Part shown: positions 28,805-44,617 of the stretch, piece by piece
Position numbering within the stretch: position 1 is the stretch's first letter
How the letters are laid out: every line of letters begins with the position of its first letter
Origin: Chrysomallon squamiferum
Taxonomy: Eukaryota > Animalia > Mollusca
Length of the DNA stretch: 64,000 nucleotides
Assembly (NCBI GenBank): GCA_012295275.1
Contig: CM022679.1
Span: 22,258,001 to 22,322,000, forward strand
Direction: 5' to 3'
Translations under genes and position numbers: made by a program
Notes under the pieces: generated by a model
Databases searched by the model: none
Told to the model about the DNA's origin: nothing
What the model saw: only the letters and a program-made list of their open reading frames with translations

Positions 28805-28935
28805 AAAATAAAAGTAAAAGAAAGAAAGAAAAATAAAGGGTGTGTGCAAACGCTTTTTATCCATGACTCAATTTTTCTAATAAACTTATTATTTAGACAG
28901 AGTTACTTACCTTTATTTTTGTTAGAATTAGTCTT

Positions 28936-29018
<83 letters not shown>

Positions 29019-29511
29019 TTAATAATAATAACGATGTTGTTACTGAAGCCACTTCTTCATAGTTTTGTTTAAAAGTAGAATTCTTGGTATTAATTTAATT
29101 TAATTTATTTATATGTCAAACGGGCTGGTTTGGATGCTAAAACGAAATCAGTAACAATACGTGTCAGGAAACGTCAAAGCAGCAAAATGTTTTACTTTTC
29201 CACAGAATTCTAATTAGAAATATTTTACTAAATAAATAAACAAACAAACAAACAAACAAACAAACAAACAAAGAACGTGTGTTGAGCCATGTTCTTTTTA
29301 TTCCAATCAGATTTCTTTTAGATATAAAATAGGTTTCTGGGACATTTTCTAAACAGCCTTTCTTCTCTTCTTGCAGTCAGCTCACATTACTTCGTGTCAG
29401 TTTTGTTTAAGAGGATCAAGTTACATTTCGCTATTTCTATTTAAAGCGAGTTCGTTTCGTTGCACACAACAAATCGGAACGAATAGCAGCAGGATACATC
29501 GAACAAACAAA

Positions 29512-31094
29512 ATGTTTCCAAGTTCCTTTATATCGTGTCTTTTCTTACTGTTACTTACATCTGAATGGTACCAGTCTGTTGATATGACTGCACTGGTACA
29601 CACAGATACATTAAAAGTCGAACAAAACAGAGATCTGGAAACTTTGAAAAAGGAATTATTTGATAAAGAAAAGCTGTTTTATAAACTCGCTGATGAAATC
29701 TGGACTCTGAGAAGTAATCTTGGTTATGAGAAAATATTGAATCTTTGTCTAGAATCGGCTCGAGAAGTATTTTCTAAACAGGAAGAAAATCTGAGAGAAA
29801 CTTTGTGGAAAAAGATGAGAACACGACTACGTACTGAAAAAAGTAAAAGTTCGTTAGCAGCGAGAGATCTGAGTACAAGACTAAAACTCTTAGAAGGTAA
29901 AATAGAATTTGTTTTTGATTTTCAAAATACTTTGAATATTACTAAATTTGTTTTAAATATTTTCCCTATTCCTTCTATTCCAATTTTTAAGATATTATTT
30001 CTTTATGAAATAACAACATCGGTGATAAAGAATATATGGCATTATAATAAAAAAATAACACGAGATGAATCATGGATTTTGTGCTTTTTAAATGTAAAAA
30101 AAAAGAAGAAATTAAACAGTTAAATGTGGTTTTATTACTCTAATTTATTTATTTATTTATTAATTATTATTATTTATTTATTTATTTATTTATTTATATA
30201 TTTACTTATTTATTTATCTTATTTCAAGATATGTCGATTGACACAGATGAACTGCAGTATACCTCAGCTGATAAAAGAATATTTCAGATCGTCAACACTA
30301 TTAATTCTACATTTAAGGAAGATAACAAGCCATCTAGACCACAGGGCACTGTCACTCTGAACCAGGAAGGTGGCAATATCGTCGTTGTTATCGATTATAA
30401 TAATAAATGTGTGAAATCATTTTGGTATGATCCATTTAAAGACAGAGAATACAGAAGCAGGCTAACAGTTGTTTGTTACGACAGAATGGCAAAACTCAGT
30501 GAAACACAGGTTGTCGTTGGGTGTTGGAGTAGTCCAAGGATACAAATAATAAATGTAAACCCTAGTTTGAGTCTTCATTCAACAATCAAAACACCAGAAA
30601 ACAATAAAGGTCTGCATGCCATGGTGTCGTCAACTGAAAATGGTCTAGAAAAAAGAATTTTAACAGGTCATGAAAACGGTTTGTCAGTTATCAACCTAAA
30701 AGGTGAACTCGTGAAAACAATGGATATGGACATCACAGGAAGAAATTACACAAAGTATCCACGTTTCCTGACATTAACGCCTGCTGGTAATGTAATTATT
30801 TCAGACAGTATGGAAAGTCTTGTTTGTATCTCGTTAAACAGAACTGTGTTATGGAGATACAACCAGACACGTTCACAAGGTGTTACCACTGATGCACAGG
30901 GAAACGTTTATGTTGCTGTCAGCTCATACAATAAAGTAATTCTTTTGTCTCCTGAAGGAAAGTTTATAAAAAATGTCTTAACAAGTAGTGATCACTTAAA
31001 AGACCCGAATGACATATTCTATGATTCCATTACAAGACGACTTTATATTGCAGAGTACTCCAGTGGGCTGGTAAAAATATTTGAACACCAGTGA
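29512..31094 (+). CDS. Gene A2: paralog of A1, 416 aa; exons 29512-29896 and 30229-31094
   Basis: Same structure and splice sites as A1; reading frame intact. Confidence 0.9.
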
Positions 31095-31545
31095 CTGGCT
31101 TTTGAATAAATTTAAATTGTGCTCTTAATTTAAAAATAAACGAATAAAAATTAAAATAAAATAGAAAAAAATAAATACATTATAAGAATCTCACTGCAAA
31201 TGAAAATGCAACTCAAATGAAATGTTAAAAACAATTATACACATTCGTGGTGTCGCGTATTTTTGTCGATTTGCTTTGTGCAACGAAACGAGCTCGTTTC
31301 AAATATATATAGCGAAATGTAACTTAAAACCAAGAATTCTGCTCCTAAATAATACTGACAAGAAGAAATATCAATCTGACTCCAAGAAGTAAAGAAATGG
31401 TGTTCATAAAATGTCCCAGAAGCCCATTTTCTTACCTGAAACAAATCTGATTGGAAGAAAAAGGAAACGGCTTCAGCATCACAGTGTTTGTTATTTGTTT
31501 TTAATTTCCTTCTTCTTCTTTGTCTTCTTCTTCTTCTTCTTATGA

Positions 31546-31628
<83 letters not shown>

Positions 31629-33233
31629 GTATTAGATGAATCTTGTTTCTTAGGAAAATAGAACATCTTCTAAATACTTTTGCAATTGTGATGTCAGCTG
31701 CTTTTCACGTACTTTTTAAATTAAGAATAATTAAATACGATCTAGTGCACATAAAAGGTAATATTAATTTTATTTTTGTCTATTCTCAGAATGGAATATA
31801 TCATTACGTACCGATGTTACAAAACACTGGCAAGATAACTTCCATGTTTCTTTTCGCGATACATTAAATCGTGTCACTGTTAGACTTTGTTTATGAGGCG
31901 TGTTTGTGTAGATCCGTGTTAGATTCTTGCACATTTCTAGTTCGTGTGCTGCTATCAACTAAGCTTACCGAGTATGTGACTGATGACACTGATACAAATT
32001 TGAAAAAACCACAAAAAGCCTGATCTCCTCAGTTAATTTAACTTTATATATATATATATATATATTCGTGTGCTTAACATTTAACTCATTGCTATAGAGT
32101 AGTTGTTGCTGTAGAAATATATAAAAAAAGTTTTCAGATTTTGTATTTATTTGAAACGAAACAAATCAAAAAGTATTATAAAGAATGCAGTGTCGTGAGA
32201 ATTTACAACATTCACTCAGACATCATAACATTCAGGAAAGGTACTTTCTCGGAATTTTGAACTGGTGACAGCTACATACACATTCCCTCTGTCATCGAAA
32301 TCGACCTCTCTGGAATTTTTGATCATATATTTCCATAAAATATTAATTATATATATATATTTGCATCCTTCATAGTACAGATTTCTCTTACATAAATAAA
32401 AGCCTCGAACGTACTGTAAAATTCTTGAAACAAAAATCTTAAGTATTAAATGGATTATAAAACAACGCAACTCTAACGGAAAAATTTCAAACTTTTGAAT
32501 AAGAGTAAATGATTATATAAAGCATAAGATGTTGAACGCAATTCTAAAAGTATCAGAAACTTAACATTGTGTAAAATATTTTCTTGTACGATATAAAAAC
32601 TCGTTAGTATAAAATCCACATTCATAAAAAGTATTGGAATGTCATCATGGTAGATGCTTGCTTAATGGAATATTTCTTTAAATAATGGTTGCATACAAAA
32701 TATATAAAACTAAAACATGTTTAATGAAGAAAACCAACAACCGCCGCCACACACCTTTTTTATATAATCTTAAAACTTGCTAGTCTGAACACTAAATTCT
32801 TAATTGGCAGTGGAATTATGCTTTTTTTTTTTGGTTAGATCCTTGCATATTTTTTAAATGCATCTGTGTATGATGAGATCAGTTGCAAAAGTGCTTATAT
32901 CCATTTTGCAAAAATTGCGATTGATGCATTGACTGATGGTGATTGTCGAATGGTTCACAATGACAGAACTAGTTAGATGTAAAATCACGGATATCCGGGA
33001 CCACTGAACTTTTGTTAATAATGCAAAAGGGTTTATATCCTTCTCCTGTGTTTTTGGATTTGATAAATGGACAGTAAGCGGCTTTGCAAATCAGCTCTTG
33101 GACTGTTGATGGTATAAGTAATACTGATAATATCATCTCTGTGTAATGCGTCATAAGGCAGAAAGATTCAGGTTCCATTTTACTGTTGACTCCAGTCCAG
33201 AGCTGACTGAGAATATACAAGACTATCAGACAA

Positions 33234-33336
<103 letters not shown>

Positions 33337-33756
33337 AACAAGAAATATAATGATTAATTATCAAATGAAACTTTTAATAACGATGAAAACATATTAATTA
33401 TAAATTTATGTTCATCTTGTATTCGGAAATATTCCAGAAAATTAAAAGTTTACACATATAAAATATGAAGAGGTTTTATATTTACTTAAATTAGGTCATA
33501 TTGTCATAGATGTCGAGATTTTCCAGAAAATGATATGGCCATTTAACAAATGGAAGCATCCAAAGTGTTATTTCACTGAAAATATTTTTGAAATGAATAT
33601 CTATGATCGAACTTTACTAACAAATATCAGTTTTAAAAATCATTATATTTAAATGTATTTAACAAATTTTGTTACACCATTACCTTTGCTAATTCGGTGA
33701 CAGAACCACTAAACGGTTTCCAGTATCACTCATTACAACATATTCACACATAACTC

Positions 33757-33871
<115 letters not shown>

Positions 33872-34266
33872 ACACATTTGATTTCATTTGCTATATAGAA
33901 CATGAAATGAAATAAACAGAAGTATTAAAGAAAAAGTACATATGCCTAGAATTATCAGGTAAGTAACTTCATTATAGCATACTGTATTTAATAATAAAGT
34001 TACTAACAAAATGTGAAGTATCAATGTTAATTATAATATTCGGAAACTGTAGAATTCCTAATAACTAATTAACCAACTAAATAAATAAATAAATAAATAA
34101 ATAAATAGCTATTAATGTAGGATTTGAAAACAGTTTTATTCATCAACTCTGTCTGATTTCTAAATATAAAATAATGTATTTATATTTCAGTTAAATAGAT
34201 CAGAATTAAGTGTGGTCTGACTGCAGTAGTTTGTCTTTTATAAAGGTATCAAGTGTTTGTTAAATG

Positions 34267-35884
34267 TCACTGATGTTTAAATATCTTAATCAAACCATTA
34301 CTGAAGTCTGCTATGTATAATAGCCCTTTCATAGAATCATATTGAAGTCCGTATGGATCACTGCTTTTCAAAACGTCTTTGATAAATTTTCCATCTGGAG
34401 ACAAGACAATTACTTTCGTACTACTTCCCATAGCTAAGTATACATTCCCTTTGTCATCGCAATCGACCCCTCTGGATTTTTTGATCATATATTTCCATAA
34501 AAGTTTTCTTTGTTGTGTGATGCATATTAAACCAATCCTGTAATCAGAAACGAGTATGTTTCCTGTAGGCGTCAGCTTAATAAACCTCGGCTCAACTGTA
34601 TATCTTTTTCCCGTTATGTCGATATCCAAAGATTTAACGATATCGCCATTCATGTCGAAAACGGACATTCCACCTTTGTAACCAATAAGGAATCGTTTCT
34701 GAAGTCCTGACCGAGTGTTTGCCGTTATTGCATGAATGCCCAAATTTTGTCTCTTTATATTTATGGTTGAGTGAAGACTCAAACTGGGATTGACGTTTAT
34801 TATGTAGATCTTTGAATTTAAATAGCACGATACAGCGATCTGGTTTTCATTCACCTCTGCCACTTTGTGCGCACAATTAGTTTCTTTACTCATATCTAAT
34901 CTGCTGCTGAGCGCTCTGTCATCAACCTGATCAAACCAGAAAGATTTTACATATTTGTTCTTATAGTCAGTTACAACAATGACGTCAGTATTGCCTTGTT
35001 TCAATACAACCATGTCATATATATTTGGAATACCTTTATCATCACTGGTTGTCGAGTTAATGGTATTCACGATGGTAAAGTTCCGCTGGTTGACTGGTAC
35101 ATATCTTTTGTGTAAACTGTTAATATACGTTATTAAACCTGAAATAGAAAGAATGTTTTATTATTGTTATTATTATTACTACTAGTAGTAGTAGTAGTAG
35201 TACTATTACTACTACTGCTACTACAGATAGTACTATTGTTGTTGTTGCTATTGTTGTTTCATTGACAATATTTTGATTATGCACAGTGTCAAATGACAGT
35301 GTATAAATAATTAAAATGTTAAAGTACTGATATAAAAACATTTTAAAACAGAGATACATATAAACAGATACATACGTATATACATGAATATAGCACACAC
35401 ACACACACACACACATGTAGAAATAAAGAGAGACAGACAGACAGACATTCCTGGTTTTAGGTATCTCGTGATATTTTAAAAAAAAATTACCTCCTGTGCG
35501 TGTTTTGAATCCTAGTATTCTTGATAAATATGTCGACTTCATTAAACTTTTACTTTCCCCAGTCATATTTTCTTCACTGCATTTCTCAACACGAGTCTCG
35601 AAGATTTCCTTAGCAGCATCAATGTTTTCAGTTAAATCGTCGTGAGCAGATTTCATGCAAATCTTTTCATAATCAAGCCGGGTTTTCAGAGCAGAGATTT
35701 CGTCAGAGAGTTCGTTAAAAAGTGTTTTTAATTTTCCAAAGTCATCGACGAGACGTTTTGTGCTGTTAGTTCTCAATACGTTTTCATCTTCTGTCTGGTT
35801 TCTGGTTACAATAACGCACGGCATCAAATAAAATTCCAACAGGAACAAAATGAAAAGAGAATTCAGACACGACGTTGAAGCCAT
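34267..35884 (-). CDS. Gene C1: predicted secreted coiled-coil + NHL-type propeller protein, 421 aa; exons 35884-35491 and 35138-34267
   Basis: Signal MASTSCLNSLFILFLLEFYLMPC; donor GAG|GTAATT and acceptor TTTCAG|GT, phase 1 and in frame with the 34267-35070 ORF. Confidence 0.88.
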
Positions 35885-36860
35885 GGCGATGTATTATGTC
35901 GAAATACAATGGCGTGTTTTTAACTGAGTTTATATTCCTTACTGACTTATATATCATGCTCAAGAGATAAATTGTTGCTTACATCCTCTGGCGCGTTAGA
36001 TGACGTATTTAGAATAAACTGTTTATCTATCACATATCACATTTAAGTTTGGAAGTGATCTGTTTTCTGATTAGACGGTTAAACTTTGAGAGTAATCCTG
36101 TTATATGGTGCTAAAAAATGAAAGACGTGTATAAATAAACACATAAAAAGAAAAAAAGTAATATAAAAGAAGAAAAATAAACTACACACATTAACACACA
36201 AATATATAATAATGGTATAAATTATTTCAACTTACAAATGTATTGTCATTAATTAGAAAGCATGACAACAACAACAACATCAGTAATAATAATAATCTTG
36301 CTGCTGCTGCTGATAATAATAATCATAATCATAATAATAATAAAAATAATAATAATAATAATTATTATTATTATTATAAAACATCTGAATGACTCCCTTT
36401 TAGCCACACACAGCTGGATTCATGATGTCATGTACAAGACTGATAACTGTACCTTTTTGCTGACACTTTAAGAAAATAACAAATCGATTCGTCTTGTTCC
36501 TCATGATTACAGAAAAAACTTATTTATTGTTATTCTTTGTTATGAATTATGGTAGGCAGGAAAAAAAAAAAATAATAATAAATAAATAAAATCTGGTAAC
36601 TAAAAGTAAAGTAAAATAAAATAAAATAAATAAAATAAAATAAAATAAAATAAAATAGATAAAGAAAGAAAAAAAGAAAGAAAGAAAGAAAGAAAGAAAG
36701 AAATAAAAACAGTATCTACAAAACACATCAAAGATAATTTGGATGTTGCAGAATGTCTTTAAGAGAATGTCTTCCTATCAATAATTATATTTTAAACATT
36801 AAATTAACACTCCGCGTTGCTGATGAAAACATTACAATCAGACTGTCATGATTCAGAACT

Positions 36861-36892
<32 letters not shown>

Positions 36893-37348
36893 ACGGTATA
36901 AATCAATATTTGTATCATGGAACTGAAACCTAATTCAGCTAGAAGCAAACAACGGATTCCGATAAATATAATATTTATTTTACCTTAAAATTTTGTGTTA
37001 ATCATCAAATTCCATCTAATTCAGCTACAGTTGTGTAAGAGGATTCTGATAAATGTAATTGTTAATAAAGAAAGAAAAGATAAGTCAGATGTATTAATTT
37101 CCACTTAGTCCGATCATGAGTGTTGTTTGTAATGTAAAACTTTGCTGATATGCACTTTGCTATCAGTAATGATTCTGATATGTGTGTCGGACTTAAAAAC
37201 ATTTATATGTTATCGGAATAAATAATTTCAGTATGAAATAGTTTATTAGTTGATATTATCTTACGTATATATTAAACAATAATTTTATTCTATTTTTTTT
37301 TTATATCCACACGTTTAGACATATCTCCTTACTATAGCACACATTAAT

Positions 37349-37720
37349 CATGATTGAGAAATCTTCTCTGTTTTGTATTTTCTTTTTTTTTCTTTCTTTT
37401 TTAATAACAGTTTGCTTTCACTGTTTTCTCAGTACTGGAATTTGACAGTCAAGATACAAGTGAAAGGAGTTAATGAAACAGAAACTTTGAAAGATGATTT
37501 TGAGAAAATGAAAAATATCTTATAAGAATTTTCTGATAAAATAGTAAACTTTTTGACATTCTGATTTTGCTCTTGTTTAATCTTACTTGAAATTGTATGT
37601 TATTATCGCTAAAAACACAAAAATATTCAGAATTAATAAAACGCATCATTTGGTCGATGTCTCTAAAAGATTTTAAAAAAACAAATTCAATGAACTTCCA
37701 ACGAAATCTCTTCTCTAAAA
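37349..37720 (+). pseudogene. Chimeric exon-1 relic at the tandem-duplication junction
   Basis: 37349-37553 matches the 48415-48620 relic; from about 37555 onward it matches the 24935+ C-like relic. Confidence 0.6.
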
Positions 37721-38112
37721 ATCCCCAAGTTGCAGATAAATACAACATGGAAAAACAAGTTACACATCTGCTTATTCTAGAAACAAAGACCTTTTTCTTC
37801 AGTCTTAAACTTATGAAATAAACCATTTTTGTTGCTATCTTATCTTTGGTTGTATGTTACTATTTTAGTTTCTGTATCTCGAAATTAAAAATGCTTTGAG
37901 TAAACTACTGTTGATAGTAAACATTTCTTTCACTGCTTACACTCGATAACTGATAGGTCTGGGATTTTTTTTATCAAATATTTATCGTAAAACTTCGGCT
38001 TCAGAGCTTGACATTTTATCATTCGACCCGAATACCTAGCTGCAATTTTAGCTGCAATAACGTAAGAGTTCTTCAGAAATAAACGACGTTTTCAAAGCAG
38101 GTTGTCTTCACA

Positions 38113-38774
38113 ATGTTTGGGAAAAAAATTCTGTTTTATGTTCTGCTGACTTTACTAATACCTCATATTGGATACTGCAATAACACGATTTCGCTTTTGA
38201 AGAAAGATAAAACAGAAAGCTCTGTAGTAAGTAACACTGAATCTTTAGAACGTAAATTAATAGAAAAGGAAAAACTGTTTTATCAACTCGCGGATGATAT
38301 TGCGAACCTGAAAATGCATCTTGGATACAAACATTTGTGGAAAGTGTGTCTTGAATCTGCTCAAGAGGTATTTTTTAATCAGATGGAAGATTTGAAGCAG
38401 GTATACTGGAAAAAAGTGATGACCCGATTAGCCATTGAGAAAAGGAAAAGTTCTTTGAGATCCCTTTTTTTCAGTCGTTCAGTGAAATTTATGGAAGACG
38501 AAACAGGTAATGCTACGTTCTACATTCTGTCTTATTAAAATAAAATAGAATTCTCTCACACATGAAACATTGCAACGTCATATATATTATTAGTACTCTT
38601 TAGTGAAAAAAAAATTCTACTAATAAAGCATTACAAATTAATAATGCAGTTTCGAAATCTTTAAATGAAATTCGATGCGATATCCTCATATCTGTATTAA
38701 TTTCATTAGTATTGTTATTCCTGTTATTTATTGTTGTTGTTGTTGTTGTTCTTCTTCTTCTTATTGTTATTGTT

Positions 38775-38808
<34 letters not shown>

Positions 38809-39863
38809 CTGTTATTTTTGTGATCAAATTTATTATTATTAATTTTTTAAATAATATTCTGTTATGAATTAACTAAGATTACAAATTTCGATAAATACAA
38901 CTTTATGTCAGCATGGAACATATTCTACCCCGTTATTGAATTATTCAAAAGATTGTAATGTCTTTTTTTTTAATGATGTATATTTTTATTGTAGATGTAA
39001 AGAAAAAAATAGTACGTCCGTCTATATCAGCAACTGACAGGATATTTTCTATTACTAATACGATTAACGCAACAAGCAAACAAGATAAACACATATCACG
39101 ACTATACGACATTGTTGTACTTAAACAGAACGACACAGACGTCATTGTTGTTACAGACTGGAATAATCAGTGTGTTAAATCATTTTGGTTTGACCCTCTT
39201 CAAGACAGAGAATTCTCAAGTAGATGGTGTACGGACAAGGTGCACACTCTAGCGAAACTTAGCGAAACACGGATTGCTGTAGCCTGCCAAGGTAACAAAA
39301 CAATTTACATAATAAACGTGGATCCTGTTTTGAGTCTTCATTCTACCATAAACTCAAACAGTAATAACCTCGGTATTCATGCTTTGACATCGCAAACCCT
39401 GACTGGATCAGAAACGCGACTTGTGATTGGACATTACAACGGTTTGTCAGTTATCAATCTCAGAGGCGAGATGATCAAATCAATGGAAATAGATATCGCT
39501 GGCAGAAAATACGCGAGAAACCCATTTTTCTTAACAGTGACTACTACTGGTAACATAATTGTGTCAGATACAAATGGTTTAATTTGTATAACAGAGAAAA
39601 GACAAATATTGTGGAACTATACACTGAAAAACCCAAACGACATAGACTGTGATGATGATGGAAACGTATACGTTGCAGATTATAATAGAAATAAAGTGAT
39701 TCTGGTGAGCAGTAACGGAACATTTGTTAAAGATGTCCTCTCTACTAATAACGGTATTGCCAAACCATGTGGTCTTCACTATGATTCAATCAAAGGACGA
39801 TTATATGTAGCTGAAAATCAGTCTGGCTTGATAAAGATATTTCAACATCAAAGACGTCGATGA
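38113..39863 (+). CDS. Gene B2: near-identical paralog of B1, 420 aa; exons 38113-38506 and 38995-39863
   Basis: Same splice sites as B1; differs by a 3-bp deletion (SDETN to SDTN) and a few substitutions. Confidence 0.9.
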
Positions 39864-39882
39864 TGGCATACAAATGATTTAA

Positions 39883-39923
<41 letters not shown>

Positions 39924-40754
39924 CCCAAACGAGTGTACATGTTCATACCTATATACATATATATTTATATATACACAGACACATTATACTACCGTGTTAG
40001 TGTTATCTATGCCTAATCGTGTATATGTATATATATATATATATACATACATACACATACACATATGATAATGCTTTTAGACACAATAAAATGATTACAA
40101 ATATTTAAAAACAAACTTTTCTTACACAATCATTATATAATATCTTTGATATTGTTTGTTTGTTTTTTTTTCTTATTTTTTCTTATTTTTATGTCCATAA
40201 ATATAACAACATTTTCTAAAATTTAGCTCTTTTTTTTGAAAAAAAACACCATGTTTAATCTCATTAGAAATAATACTTATTGTTGTTAAATACATAACGT
40301 AATAGAAATTTTTAATTTTGTTTTTGTTTTTGTTTTATTTTTTGGAAAATCAGTAACTGAAGAAAGAGGAATTACAGCGAGGAAAGTAAATAAAGATCAG
40401 CATTATAAAACCTGAAAAGAATTCCTAGAATGAGCGAGACACACGTTTGAAAGGTTAAACAGTGTGCATATATAGCAAAGTATTCTTGCTTTCTCTTTGT
40501 TTTTTTCGACTGTATTTCACACATTCATTCCATACTTGATAAAATGTTTCGTCGATGTGACATAATTTTTACATCACCTTTATTCATAACAAATAAGTGA
40601 ATGTTAATTTAATAACAACAACATTTATTACTATTATTATTATTATTATATTATTATTATTATTATTATTGTTATTATTGTTATTATTATTGGTGTGACA
40701 TTGGATGGAACGTGTAATAGCCTATAGTTCTTAAAAATATACTTGTAATATATT

Positions 40755-40856
<102 letters not shown>

Positions 40857-41747
40857 ATTACTTGATACTTTTGAATGATGAGATTTGAATATTATAGATA
40901 ATTGAGGGACACGCCTTTGATGGATATTTCAGTTTTGGTGATTCGTTGCAGCATCATTGTTTTTTCGATCAACTCAAGGGAACTAACAACTAAAACATTT
41001 TTCAATCGATGGATTTATCTCCCTTATAAATATGAAAAGCTATTTACGTCAGAACGTCATGGAACAACAATTATATTTTCATACAAATGTAATATTATAT
41101 CGGGATATTTTTGTTATATTTGTATATTGGAACGAAACAAACTAAATTAATTGTTTTAAGGTCAACAGAAGAATAAACAAGAAAATGTCATATTCTACAC
41201 TGATGCTGTGACGGAATTATAAAATTATAGTATTAATTTCGTTTGCTAGCAGTCATAAACAGTGGTATATGCACTTTCCTACATACACAATTAATGACTC
41301 GCTTTTCTAATACGATACCTACCTTTATTTAGTTAGAATTACTTAGATTTAGAAGAAAGATAATAATAATAATGACAAAGACATACATTCAGTGGTAAAA
41401 AAAAAAAATATATATATATATATATAAAAATAAATAAATAAAAATAAAACTAAAAGAAAGAAAGAAAAATAAAGGGTGTGTGCGAACTCTTTTTATCCAC
41501 GACTCAATTTTTCTAATTGTTAAACTAATTATTCAGACAGAGTTACTTACCTTTCTTTTGGTTAGAATTAGTCTTTATTATTAACTGTATAAAAATGCAA
41601 AAAATTATTACTTTTTATTACTATTACTAACACCGCAATTGCCGCCGCTGCTGCTACTACTGCTACTACCACTACTTATTACTACTACTACTACTACTAT
41701 ACTATTACTACTACTACTATTACTACTACTACTACTACTACTACTAC

Positions 41748-41780
<33 letters not shown>

Positions 41781-42257
41781 TAATAATCATAATGTTGTTA
41801 CTGAAGCCACTTCGTCATAGTTTTGTTTAAAAGTAGAATTCTTGGTATTAATTTAATTTAATTTATTTATATGTCAAACGGGCTGGTTTGGATGCTAAAA
41901 CGAAATCAGTAACAATACGTGCCACGAAACGTCAAAGCAGCAAAATGTTTTACTTTTCCACAGAATTCTAATTAGAAACATTTTACTAAATAAATAAACA
42001 GACAAACAAACAAACAAAGAACGTATGTTGAGCCATGTTCTTTTTATTCCAATCAGATTTCTTTTAGATATAAAATAGGTTTCTGGGACATTTTCTAAAC
42101 AGCCTTTCTTCTCTTCTTGCAGTCAACTCACATTACTTCTTATCAATTTTGTTTAAGAGGATCAAGTTACATTTCGCTATTTATATTTAAAACGAGTTCG
42201 TTTCGTTGCACACAACAAATCGGTACGAATAGCGGCAGCATACATCGAAGAAACAAA

Positions 42258-42910
42258 ATGTTTTTCAGTTCCTTTATATCATGTTTTTTCTTACTGTTAC
42301 TTACATCTGAATGGTACCAGTCTGTTGATATGACTGCACTGATACAAACAGATAAATTAAAAGTCGAACAAAACAGACATCTGGAAACTTTGAAAAAGGA
42401 ATTATTTGAGAAAGAAAAGCTGTTTTATAAACTCGCTGATGAAATTTGGACTCTGAAAAGAAATCTTGGTTATGAGAAAATATTGAATCTTTGTCTCGAA
42501 TCTGCTCGAGAAGTATTTTCTAAACAGGAAGAAAATCTGAGAGAAACTTTGTGGAAAAAGATGAGAACACGACTACGTACTGAAAAAAGTAAAAGTTCGT
42601 TAGCAGCGAGAGATCTGAGCACAAGACTAAAACTCTTAGAAGGTAAAATAGAATTTGTTTTTGATTTTCAAAATACTTTGAATATTACTAAATTTGTTTT
42701 AAATATTTTCCCTGTTTCTTCTATTCCAATTTTTAAGATATTATTTCTTTATGAAATAACAACATCGGTGATAAAGAATATATGGCATTATAATAAAAAA
42801 ATAACACGAGATGAATCATGGATTTTGTGCTTTTTAAATGTAAAAAAAAGAAGAAATTAAACAGTTAAATGTGGTTTTATTACTCTAATTTATTTATTTA
42901 TTTATTAGTT

Positions 42911-42962
<52 letters not shown>

Positions 42963-43853
42963 TATATTTACTTATTTATTTATCTTATTTCAAGATATGT
43001 CGATTGACACAGATGAACTGCAGTATACCTCAGCTGATAAAAGAATATTTCAGATCGTCAACACTATTAATTCTACTTTTAAGGAAGATAACAAGCTATC
43101 TAGACCACAGGGCACTGTCACTCTGAACCAGGAAGGAGGTAATACCGTCGTTGTTATCGATTATAATAATAAATGTGTGAAATCATTTTGGTATGATCCA
43201 TTTAAAGACAGAGAATACAGAAACAGGCTAAGAGTTGTTTGTTACGACAGAATGGCAAAACTCAGTGAAACACAGGTTGTCGTTGGGTGTTGGAGTAGTC
43301 CAAGGATACAAATAATAAATGTAAACCCTAGTTTGAGTCTTCATTCAACAATCAAAACACCAGAAAACAATAAAGGTCTGCATGCCATGGTGTCGTCAAC
43401 TGAAAATGGTCTAGAAAAAAGAATTTTAACAGGTCATGAAAACGGTTTGTCAACCTAAAAGGTGAACTCGTGAAAACAATGGATATGGACATCAGAGGAA
43501 GAAATTACACAAAAGATCCACGTTTCCTGACATTAACACCTGCTGGTAATGTAATTATTTCCGACAATTTGAGAAGTCTTGTTTGTATCTCGTTAAACAG
43601 AACTGTGTTATGGAGATACAACCAGACACGTTCTGTAGGAGTTACCAGTGATGCACAGGGAAACGTGTATGTTGCTGTCTACTCATACAATAAAGTAATT
43701 CTTTTGTCTCCTGAAGGAAAGTTTATAAAAAATGTCTTAACAAGCAGTGATCACTTAAAAGACCCGAATGACATATTCTATGATTCCATTACAAGACGAC
43801 TTTATATTGCAGAGTACTCCAGTGGGCTGATAAAAATATTTGAACACCAGTGA
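42258..43853 (+). pseudogene. Gene A3: A paralog with a 7-bp frameshifting deletion in exon 2 (about 43452); exons 42258-42642 and 42995-43853
   Basis: GGTTTGTCAACC here versus GGTTTGTCAGTTATCAACC in A1/A2; the deletion lies between TCA microhomologies. Confidence 0.85.
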
Positions 43854-44564
43854 CTGGCTTTTGAATAAATTTAAACTGTGCTCTTAATTTAAAAATAAAC
43901 GAATAAAAATTAAAATAAAATAGAAAAAAATAAATACATTATAATAATCTCACTGCAAATGAAAATGCAACTCAAATGAAATGTTAAAAACAATTATATA
44001 CTGCATATTTTAACATTCGTGAGGAGAATTTAAAAACATTTATTTCTTTAATTAAGATATCGCTTTGAAGATATTCAAAATATTTTTATTTGTTTGTTTG
44101 TTTATTAATTAATTAATTTATTTGTTTATTTAGTTAGTTAGTTATTTAATAGTAAATTTCTAATTAGGTGTTTTTCTTAAAGAAAACCTTGGATCTGCGA
44201 AGCTACTACAATTTGATGGAGAAGTTCTGAAATGTCTTTTACTGTTTCTACTGCTGCTTCGACGTTTGGTGTCGCGTATTTTTGTCGATTTGCTTTGTGC
44301 AACGAAACGAGCTCGTTTCAAATATATATAGCGAAATGTAACTTAAAACCAAGAATTCTGCTCCTAAATAATACTGACAAGAAGAAATATCAATGTGACT
44401 CCAAGAAGTTAAGAAATGGTGTTCATAAAATGTCCCAGAAGCCCATTTTCTTACCTGAAACAAATCTGATTGGAAGAAAAAGGAAACGGCTTCAGCATCA
44501 CAGTGTTTGTTATTTGTTTTTAATTTCCTTCTTCTTCTTTGTCTTCTTCTTCTTCTTCTTATGA

Positions 44565-44617
<53 letters not shown>
